This document shows, piece by piece, positions 33,284 through 42,231 of a stretch of DNA of 64,000 nucleotides; position 1 is the stretch's first letter, and every line of letters starts with the position of its first letter. This DNA is from an uncultured Candidatus Rokubacteria bacterium (GTDB lineage Bacteria > Methylomirabilota > Methylomirabilia > Rokubacteriales > DASRDR01). The DNA is taken from assembly GCA_963708025.1 (NCBI GenBank), contig CAVPSB010000025.1, positions 224,001 to 288,000 of the forward strand, given 5' to 3'. Position numbers and translations under genes: made by a program. The notes below the pieces were generated by a model. The model did no database searches and was not told where the DNA came from. It saw only the letters and a program-made list of their open reading frames with translations.

Positions 33284-36200
33284 ACCTGTCCGAGCCCTTC
33301 ATCCGCCGGCCCGTCATGACGGCGGTCCTGACCGCCTCGGTGGTGCTCTTCGGCTTCCTGAGCTACCGGCAGCTCCCGGTGAACGACCTGCCCGTCGTCG
33401 ACTACCCGGTGATCCAGGTGCAGGCCGACTACCCGGGCGCGAGCCCCGACACGATGGCCAACAACATCGCGACGCCGCTCGAGCGCCAGTTCATGCAGAT
33501 CACGGGGCTCGAGGTCGTCACGTCGAAGAGCACCCAGGGGCACGTGAGCCTGACGCTCCAGTTCGCGCTGGACAAGAGCATCGACGCCGCCGCCACGGAC
33601 GTCCAGACCGCGATCACCCAGGCCACCGGGAGCCTCCCGATCGACCTGCCGTCGCCGCCGACCCTGTCCAAGACGAACCCGAACGACCAGCCGATCATGT
33701 ACGTCGCGCTGACGAGCGACTCGATCACCGCCGGTCAGCTCTACGACTACGCGAACATCCAGGTCGGCCAGCGCATCAGCATCCTGCCCGGGGTGAGCCG
33801 CGTCGCCGTGTTCGGCACCAAGTCGGCCATCCGCATCAAGGCGGATCCGGCCGCGATGTGGGCGCGCGGCATCTCGATCGACGACCTGTCGGCGGCCATC
33901 CGGGGCGGCACCAGCTACTCCGGCGCCGGCCAGCTCGACTCGGCGGCTGGCACCGCCCTCCTCCGGCCGCACGGCCAGCTCGACAGTGCGGACGCCTACC
34001 GGAGCCTCATCGTCAGCACGAGCGGCGGCGCCCCGGTGTACCTGCGGGACATCGCGGACGTGCGGGAGTCGCTGCAGGACGAGCGGATCTCGATGCGGTT
34101 CTGGGCCCGCGGCTACTCGGTCCCCTCGGCCACGGTGGTGGCCGCCGTCTACCGTCAGGCCGGCGCCAACGCGGTGAAGGTGGCCCGGAGCATCCACGAC
34201 CTGGTGCCGGTCATCACCGCCGAGCTCCCGGGCTCGGTGCGCATCACGCCGATCTACGACCGCTCGCAGACGATCGTCAACTCCGTCCACGACGTCCAGC
34301 TCACCCTGATCGTCGCCTTCGTCCTGGTCGTCGTCGTGATCTTCGTCTTCCTGGGCCGGGCCGCCGACACCCTGATCCCGGCGGTCGCGCTGCCGCTCTC
34401 CCTGCTGCTCACGTTCGTCGCGATGTGGGCGCTCGACTACAGCCTCGACAACCTGTCGCTCATGGCCCTGACCCTGGCCATCGGGTTCCTCGTGGACGAC
34501 GCCATCGTGTTCCTGGAGAACACGGTGCGACGGATGGAGCGCGGCGAGCGGGCGCTCGAGGCGACGCTCGACAGCGCCCGGGAGATCAGCTTCACCATCT
34601 TCGCGATGACCATCTCGCTGGCCGCCGTCTTCCTGCCGCTCGTCGTCATGCCCGGGCTGGTGGGCCGCATCTTCCGGGAGTTCGCCGTCACCATCGTGGT
34701 CGCCATCCTCGCCTCGGGTCTGGTCTCGCTCACCCTCACCCCGCTCATGTGCGCCCGTCTCCTGGCCGACCGCGGACACGGCGCGCGCCAGACGTGGATG
34801 GAGCGGGTGATGGGCGGCGTGGAGCGGCGCATCCTCGGGCTCTACGGCCGGTCGCTGGGCTGGTTCATCCGGCGGCGCGCGGTCGCCGCGGCGATCTGGG
34901 CGGTCTGCCTGGCGGGCACGGTCGGGCTGTTCCTGGTCGTCCCCAAGGCGTTCCTGCCGGTGGGCGACAGCAGCGTGATCTTCGGCGTCTTCATCGCCCG
35001 CGAGGGCTCGTCGCCGGAGCAGATGCAGCGGCTGCAGGACCGCGCCGACCAGATGCTCCACTCGGATCCGAACGTCGTCACCGCGTTCACCATGACGGGG
35101 AACGGCGCGTTCCTGTCCTCGAACCAGGGCATCACGTTCACCTTCCTCCGGCCCCCCGAGGAGCGCGCGCCCGATCGCCGCCGTCGCCGGCCAGCTCATG
35201 GGGAAGATGAGCGCGATTCCCGGCGTGTTCGCCTTCCTGCGGCCGTATCCCGTGCTCGAGATCAGCACGGGCGCGACCAACCAGAACCAGGGGCAGTACG
35301 CGTTCTCCGTCTCCGGCGTCAACCCCGACCAGGTCTACGAGGCGGCGGGCAAGCTCATGGCGAAGCTCGCCGAGTACCCGGGGTTCGCCACGATCTCCTC
35401 CGACTTCTTCAACAACACCCCGAACCTCGACATCGAGCTCCGGCGGGACCAGGCCAGGATGTACGGCGTCTCCGAGACCCGCATCCTGTCGCTCCTGCGC
35501 ACCGCTTACTCCCAGAACTACGTCTACCTGATCAAGAAGCCGCAGGACCAGTACCAGGTGATCCTGGAAATCGAGGACTCGGCGCGGGCCCACCCCGAGG
35601 ACCTGTCGCGGCTCTACATCCGGTCGGACGACGGGAAGAACCTCGTCCCGCTGAAGGCGCTCGTCACCTGGAAGACGTCGCTCGGGCCGCAGGCCGTGAA
35701 CCACCTGAACCAGTTCACCAGCGTCAGCTGTTCTTCAACCTGAAGCCGGGGGTGGCGATCGGCGACGCGACCGACCACATCACGAAGACCGCCGCCGCGA
35801 TCGTCCCGCCCACGCTGCGGGCGACCCTGCAGGGCGAGGCCCTCACCTTCCAGCAAGACGGTCCGCGACCTCACGCTCCTGATGGCGCTCGCCGTGTTCG
35901 TGATGTACGTGATCCTGGCCATCCTCTACGAGAGCTACGTCCACCCGCTCACCGTGCTCTCGACCTTGCCGACCGCGCTGGTGGGCGGGCTGGCCACGCT
36001 CTACCTCTTCGGGGAGCCGGCGACCCTCTACGCGTTCGTCGGCATGTTCATGCTCATGGGCATCGTCAAGAAGAACGGCATCATGATCGTGGACTTCGCG
36101 CGTCACCGCGTCGAGGCCGGGGAGCCGGCCGACCGCGCCATCCACGACGCCAGCCTCGACCGGTTCCGGCCGATCGTCATGACGACGCTGGCCGCGGTCG

Positions 36201-36500
36201 CCGGGGCGGTCCCCATCGCGGTCGGCGTCGGCGCCGACGGCGCCTCGCGCCGGGCCCTCGGCCTGGTGATCGTCGGCGGCCTGATGGTCTCCCAGCTGAT
36301 CACGCTCTACGTGACGCCGGTCATCTACCTCTACCTCGAGAAGTTCCAGGAGCGCGTGCTGGACCGCATCCAGCTTCTTCCGCTCGCGGCAGCGTCGTCC
36401 CGCCGCCGCGGGCTTCGATACGGGGGGCGGGAGAGCCTTGCCCGCCGTGTCCCCCGTCGCCGGCGGAAGCGAGCCGAGCGACGACGACCGGCGCGCTTGA
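33280..36500 (+). CDS. RND efflux permease (MdtB/C-like), frameshifted; 3' end approximate
   Basis: MNLSEPFIRRPV, YPGASP, AIGFLVDDAIVFLEN, GIVKKNGIMIVDFA, RFRPIVMTT. Confidence 0.9.
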
Positions 36501-36560
36501 TCGCGCGCCCTCTAAACCCGAATCGGCGGCGAATATCCGGCCCGAGCTGTACCCTCTTTT

Positions 36561-36585
36561 CCCTCTCCCCCTCTGGGGGAGAGGG
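36561..36585. repeat. REP-like palindrome / hairpin
   Basis: CCCTCTCCCCC-TCT-GGGGGAGAGGG, a perfect 11-bp stem downstream of the RND gene. Confidence 0.7.
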
Positions 36586-36988
36586 TTGGGCGGGCACGAC
36601 CTTCGAACTCGAGGGCTTGACAGGGGCGGGCGAGTGTACTACCGTACTAGTACGGTGCATTCCAATGCGACTGCATACTGACGCGCACAGCTCGATCCCG
36701 ATCCGCCGTGAGCCGACGGAACCGGTCAGGTATGTGGTCGAGGGCGGCGGCGGCCCGCGGGAGCGGGCGCTGCCCAGCGGCCGGGCACTGGCCGGCTTCC
36801 TCGATCCGAACACGGTCACACGCACCATCGAGGATCTCGGGCGGAGCGGGTACCGGCCGCTGGCGGCCCCGTCCAATGGCGCCTGACCCCGCGTCCATGG
36901 GGCCGCGGGCCGCCTTGGTGGCGGTGAGCGCAAGCGGCCCGCGCCGGGCTCGCTCCATATCGAAATTCAGGTTCAGGAGGTCTTGTCA

Positions 36989-37339
36989 ATGAAGCTAGAG
37001 AGTGCGGCGAAGATCAAGTATGGAATTTGGGGCCTTATTTGTGGGGCCGTCATCGCAATGATCGTCGGCTTTGCGTGGGGTGGTTGGACAACCTCCAGCA
37101 CTACGCAAACGATGACCAAAGAGGCGGTCTTGGCGAGTCAGGCGGCGATCTGTGTCGCCCAATTCATGAAGCAACCGAATTATGAAGCGAAACTCAAAGA
37201 ACTCGCAGAAGTAGGTAGCTGGAAGAGAGCTGAAGTCATTGAAGCAGGGGGCTGGGATAAGATGCCCGGGCAAGAGAAGGCTGGCTATGCTGTAGCCCGA
37301 GCCTGCGCCGATGGGCTGGAACTTCTCGTCAAGAAATGA
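36989..37339 (+). CDS. Small membrane-anchored hypothetical protein, lower GC
   Basis: SD AGGAGG. TM segment WGLICGAVIAMIVGFAWGGW; two further Cys (AICVAQF, ARACA). Confidence 0.75.
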   Translation: MKLESAAKIKYGIWGLICGAVIAMIVGFAWGGWTTSSTTQTMTKEAVLASQAAICVAQFMKQPNYEAKLKELAEVGSWKRAEVIEAGGWDKMPGQEKAGYAVARACADGLELLVKK

Positions 37340-37430
37340 GAAGAGCCTTCGAGTCCCGTAGGCCTTGCTGACCGACTCGCAGCTCAGGCGGACGTCCGAT
37401 CTCGTGAGGACCGCCGGGTGGTCGCGCGGC
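37340..37430 (-). repeat. Scrambled relic of the ABC-F 5' end and its upstream region
   Basis: 37340-37388 matches 50634-50682 (3 mismatches); 37390-37430 matches 50845-50885 (5 mismatches). Confidence 0.9.
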
Positions 37431-37704
37431 CCCCGGGGACTCGTGACGCCGTGGCGCGCGGCGGGAGGGCCGCTCCCGGCCGGGCGCGCCGCCCGCCACT
37501 TCGGGCCGGACGGCACGCTCCGGCCCGAGGCGCTCGCGCGGGTCAACCAGTGCCCGCCGACCGCCCTCCAGCCGTTCCCCGTGTACTCGTCGAGGGGTTG
37601 AGGCTCTCCGTCCGGTCCGGCCACTCGACGAGGAGGTAGAGGTGCGTCTCCGTGCGGAGGGCTCGGAGGCTCACCTCGACGCTTCCCTGGCGCCCTCGTG
37701 GGTC

Positions 37705-38673
37705 CTACTTCAGCAACAGCTTCAGCACCGTGGGTCCCGTGTGCGAGTGCTGATCGTCCCCCTCGTTGTCGTGGACGGAGATCCCGAAATAGTAGGAGCG
37801 ACCGGGATCGGTGAGCTGGACGTCGTTCTCCTTGTCCCCGGTGTCGCGGGCCCGCCGCATCTCCAGCGTCCACCGGCCCTTGTCCCACACCGCCTTTGCC
37901 TCGATGTCACCTCGGCTGCCGGTGGGCTTCTCCAGCACCTCGCGGGGCAGCCGATCGCCCACCTTGAACTTCTGGTCCTTGATCTCCACCGCGTCCTTCT
38001 TGAGGAGCACCGGCCCCGGCTTGTCGCCCTCCTTGAAGGCGTACTTCGGGCGCTTGGCCTCCTTGTCCCAGTTGTCGGAGTATCCCCCCGCGGTCTTGGC
38101 GTCGTTGCCCCGGGCGAGCTCCTCGTCGCCGTCCTTCTTGAGCTCGTGGCCCAGCCACTGATCGTCCGTGTAGCCGACCGGGTTCGAGCGCTGAGCCTTC
38201 CAGTGCCAGACGTCCATCCGCTCCGATGGGCCGTTGGTCATCAGGGTCACCTTCTTGTCCTGCTTGTGGCAGGCGGCCGTGCACCCCTTGGCGGGGAACT
38301 CCTTCATCGTGTTGTTGATGTCCCACATGAGGTTGAAGCGGTCCTCACCCCCCTTGACCTTCTTCCACTCCTTCCCGTCGAACTCGTAGAGCCGGTTCAG
38401 GCTCGCCGTCTTGTCCGGCCACTGGAAGAGGAAGTAGACGTCCTTGTCGGTGTAGAGCGCCTTCAGGGTGATCTCGACGTCCCCCTGCGGCCCCTCGGAC
38501 GCCGTGACCTTGACCGCCTTCACGCCGTCCCAGGCTCTGTCCGCCTTCCCGTCGATCGCCGGCGCCTCGGTCACCTTCTTGGCCGCGACCTCCACCTCCG
38601 CCGCGGTGGCCGGCCCGGCCGCGAGCGGGGCGACCAGCCCGAGCATCAGAACGGCTCGCATCCACCGTCGCAT
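37705..38673 (-). CDS. Exported ethylbenzene-dehydrogenase-gamma-like (EB_dh/DOMON) heme-binding protein
   Basis: Signal peptide, APAIDG..DRAW, LKALYTDKDVYFLFQWPD, EDRFNLMW, GCTAACH, DVWHWKA, WTLEMRR. Confidence 0.8.
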   Translation of the reverse strand: MRRWMRAVLMLGLVAPLAAGPATAAEVEVAAKKVTEAPAIDGKADRAWDGVKAVKVTASEGPQGDVEITLKALYTDKDVYFLFQWPDKTASLNRLYEFDGKEWKKVKGGEDRFNLMWDINNTMKEFPAKGCTAACHKQDKKVTLMTNGPSERMDVWHWKAQRSNPVGYTDDQWLGHELKKDGDEELARGNDAKTAGGYSDNWDKEAKRPKYAFKEGDKPGPVLLKKDAVEIKDQKFKVGDRLPREVLEKPTGSRGDIEAKAVWDKGRWTLEMRRARDTGDKENDVQLTDPGRSYYFGISVHDNEGDDQHSHTGPTVLKLLLK

Positions 38674-38703
38674 GGCACACCTCCCTGGGGAGTGCTTCCC
38701 CGT

Positions 38704-39946
38704 TTAGCGGCGCTTGTCCTTCGTCGCCGCGTTCCCGGGCCCGCCGGCCGGCGGGCCCGCGCCTCCACGGTTGGCGAGGAGGTAGGCGATCAGATCCGCC
38801 AGCTCGCCGCCCTTGAGGACCGGCCAGGCCACGTTCTCCTCCAGCATCTTCGCTTCCATCTTTCCGGCGTGGTTCCACATCTCGGTGATGACCTCCAGCG
38901 GGGTCCCGAGCTTCGCGACCACGTCGGCGATCGGCGGGGCGACCGGCTTGCCGGCCCCGGTCGCGGCGTGGCAGGCGCCGCACTGCTTCTCCTTGTAGAC
39001 CGCAAAGCCCCGGCGAGCATCACCCGGGGGGTCGATGAACTGGAAGAAGTAGAGGTAGCTGATCAGGTCGCCCATCTCGACCTCGGTCAGGCTCGGCACC
39101 GCGATCCCGCGCTCGGCCATCGTCGCCCACATCCGGGGCCCGTGGTTCCACATGGTGCCGGCGATGCGCGTCAGGCTGCCCCTGAGCCGGACCCCCAGGT
39201 CGGGGCCGACCTTCCCGCCGTGGCCCCGGATCGAGTGGCACTCCACGCAGCGCTTCTCCGTGAACAGCTCCTCCCCGCGCTTGGGGCTTCCCGGCGGCAC
39301 GTAGACCCGCTCCGTGCCGCCGCCCGCGCTCCGGATGTAGGCGAGGAGGTCCACGATGTCGCTGCCCTCGAACGTCGGGCGAGGCACCCGCCGCTCGCGC
39401 ATCACCTCCGCCATCGCCTCCCCGCGCCGCCACAGGGCCGCCGTCAGGTAGAGGGGGGAAGCGTAGCGGCTGTACTTCTCGAGGTCGGGACCCACCCGGC
39501 CGCCCTTGCCGCCCAGGGAGTGGCAGGTCTCGCACCCCTTCTGGCGGAACAGGCGGGCGCCGGCCGCCGCGTCGCCCGGGGGGTCCAGGGATCCGAGGTA
39601 GTAGAGGAAGGCGAGGAGGCTGGCCATCTCCTCGGGCTCGAACCGCGGGCGGGCGATCCGCCGCTCCTGGAAGAGATGCTCCATCCCGGGGGAGTGGTTC
39701 CACATGACCCCGGCGATCTCGAGCAGGGGCCGGTTCAGGGCTCGCCGGCCGAGATCCGGGCCGGTGGTGCCGCCCACCCCCTGGATCGCGTGACAGCGGA
39801 GGCACCCCTTCCCGGTGAACAGGCGGCTCCCCTCCAGCGGGTTGCCGGGCAGCAGGACCGAGAGGGCCTCGTGGGCGCCGAAGGCCGGAGCAGGCCGCGA
39901 GCCCGACGGCCGCCGCCAGCGCCAGACCGGCGATCAGGCGCGTCAT
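38704..39946 (-). CDS. Four-domain c-type cytochrome (4 CxxCH), frameshift in the signal region
   Basis: CLRCH, CETCH, CVECH, CGACH in repeated G..LF..KxCxxCH..G.GG..GPDL...MWNH units. Confidence 0.85.
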
Positions 39947-40194
39947 CGTGCGCTCCGGTCTCCCAGGAGCCCCCAGAAGACGTAGAGGATCACGCCGAGC
40001 AGGGTGAGGAAGACGGGAATCGCCACCAGCGAGATCCCGATGGAGGCCGACGGAACGTCGCCGAGCCGCCAGGCGGTGCGGATGAGGTGGCTGATCCAGG
40101 CGACGATGCCGCCGATGAAGAGGATGGCCACCGCCGCCAGCCCCCACTGGGTGGCCCGCACCGTCCGCTCGGACACGGGACTCGGGCTCGCCAT
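39943..40194 (-). CDS. Small two-TM membrane protein
   Basis: MASPSPVSERTV..WGLAAVAILFIGGIVAW...IGISLVAIPVFLTLLGVILYVFWGLL. ATGA overlap with the cytochrome gene. Confidence 0.75.
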   Translation of the reverse strand: MASPSPVSERTVRATQWGLAAVAILFIGGIVAWISHLIRTAWRLGDVPSASIGISLVAIPVFLTLLGVILYVFWGLLGDRSAR

Positions 40195-40195
40195 G

Positions 40196-41551
40196 TCAGC
40201 CCCCTCGCTCGGCCTCCGCGAAGTCGCGCCTCGGCCGCGTCCGGCAGGTAGGTCAGGAGCCGCTCCTCCACCTCCCGGACCCCCTCCCGCGCCTCCCGGA
40301 TCTCCCAGATGGAGATGACGGGGAAGACCTTGGTGAAGAGGAGGTAGAAGAGGGCGAAGAGGGCGAAGCTCCCCGCCGTCTCCCCCCACTCGACCCACGT
40401 GGGCCAGTAGAGCCCCTCGCCGAACGGGAGCCGGGGATTGCGACAGGCGTCGGGACGACGATGATGAAGCGCTCGAGCCACATCCCCACCAGCACCGACA
40501 GGGAGGCGGTGAGCACCTTGCCGACGGTGTGGCGGGAGAGCCGGATGAGGCAGGCGAGCGGGATGACGAAGTTGGTGAGCGCCATCCCCCAGAAGGCCGG
40601 CCAGAAGGGGCCGGTGAACTTGGCCCAGAAGACCTTCATCTCCTCCGGCGCGCTGCCGTAGTAGCCGGTCAGGTACTCGGCGAACGTGAAGTAGAACCAG
40701 AGCAGCGACATGACCAGCAGGAGCTGCCCCAGGTAGCGGAAGTGGATCGGCTTGAGGTAGCCCTGGAGGCCGTAGGCCTTCCGGAACGCGATCATGGCCA
40801 CGATGAGGGCCGCGATGCCCGAGAAGATGGCCCCCACCACGAAGTAGGGGCCGAAGATCGTCGAGTGCCACATGGGCTGCAGCGTCATGGAGAAGACGAA
40901 GGAGACCACCGAGTGCACGGAGACCGCGATGGGGATCACCAGGACCGCCATGATGGCGATGGCGCGGTTGAGGACGCGCTGCTGGCGCTCGCTGCCCGTC
41001 CACCCGAGGGCCAGCACGGTGTAGAAGAGCTTCCGCCTGGCGAGCCGGTCCCGCAGGATCGCGATGTCCGGGATCATGGGGAGGTAGAGGTAGACGATGC
41101 TGGCCGTCAGGTACGCGCTGATGCTGGTCGCGTCCCAGAGGAGCGGGGACTGGTAGCGCCCGTAGCGGAGGATGTTGAGCATCCGGTCCGGACGGCCCAG
41201 GTCCACCAGGATCTGGCCGGCGCCGATGAAGAGCACCATCACCGTGATGACCTCCGCCATCCGGGTGATGGGGCGCCGCCACTCGGCCTTGGAGAGGCGG
41301 AGGATCGCCGAGATCAGCGTGCCGGCGTGGCTGATCCCGATGAAGAAGACGAAGTTCGTGACGTAGAACCCCCAGGAGACCGGCTGGTGGAGGCCCGTGA
41401 CCCCCAGCCCCTCGGCGAACTGCGTCCAGTAGGCGGCGGCCCCCCACAGGATCAGGAGGGAGAGCCCGCCGGCCGTCCAGTAGAAGCCCGGCCCCGTGCG
41501 CTCGATGGGCGCCAGGAGGACGGCGTCGCCCGGATCGACTCGCTCAGCCAC
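40196..41551 (-). CDS. NrfD/PsrC-family membrane subunit (ActC/QrcD-like), frameshifts near the 3' end
   Basis: WGFYVTNFVFFIGISHAGTLISAIL, DLGRPDR, SPLLWD, SVHSVVS, WHSTIFGPYFVVGAIFSG, GMWLERFIIVVP. Confidence 0.9.
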
Positions 41552-42227
41552 GGCCTTCTCCCTCGGTCAGGTAGATCACCTTCGGCTTGGTGCCCAGCTC
41601 CTCCTGGAGCCGGAAGGCGCGGGGGCTCCGGGCGAGCCGCGCGACCTCGCTCCCCGGGTCGGCGAGGTCCCCGAAGGTGATGGCCCGGGTCGGGCACGCC
41701 TCGGCGCAGGCCGGCACGTACTCCCCGGGCGCCAGCTCCCGCCGCTCGGCGAGGGCCCGCTCCCGGGCCCGTTGCAGCCGGTGATGGCAGAAGGTGCACT
41801 TCTCGACGACGCCCTTGGGCCGGATCGAGACGTCGGGGTTCTGCCCGGGCGCGTCCGTCTGGTAGCGACGCCAGTTGAAGTACTTGGCGTTGTACGGGCA
41901 GGCGGCCATGCAGAAGCGGCAGCCGATGCAGCGGGCGTAGATCTGGGCGACGATCCCCTCCGGGTTCCGATAGGTGGCGTACACGGGGCAGACCTTCGTG
42001 CAGGGCGGGTCGTCGCACTGGAGGCACGGCCGCGGCAGGAAGCGCTTCACCTCGCCGGGGTGCGCCTCGTCCTCCTCGGTGAGGACGTGCATCCAGCTGA
42101 TGATCCGCCCGCGGTGCGCCTCCTTCGCCCCGACGGCCGGGACGTTGTTCTCCGCCTTGCAGGCGATGACGCAGGCCTGGCAGCCGGTGCAGCGGTCGAG
42201 ATCGATCACCATCCCCCAGAGGGCCAT
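41544..42227 (-). CDS. Four-cluster [4Fe-4S] electron transfer subunit (QrcC/PsrB-like)
   Basis: CTGCQACVIAC, CLQCDDPPCTKVCP, CIGCRFCMAACP, KCTFC..PACAEACP. Confidence 0.95.
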   Translation of the reverse strand: MALWGMVIDLDRCTGCQACVIACKAENNVPAVGAKEAHRGRIISWMHVLTEEDEAHPGEVKRFLPRPCLQCDDPPCTKVCPVYATYRNPEGIVAQIYARCIGCRFCMAACPYNAKYFNWRRYQTDAPGQNPDVSIRPKGVVEKCTFCHHRLQRARERALAERRELAPGEYVPACAEACPTRAITFGDLADPGSEVARLARSPRAFRLQEELGTKPKVIYLTEGEGRG

Positions 42228-42231
42228 GGCC

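Noticed and set aside
31888-36681. 1597-aa adaptor-RND fusion ORF
   Set aside because: An ATGA junction at 33280-33283 and a canonical RND N-terminus indicate two genes joined by an indel error.
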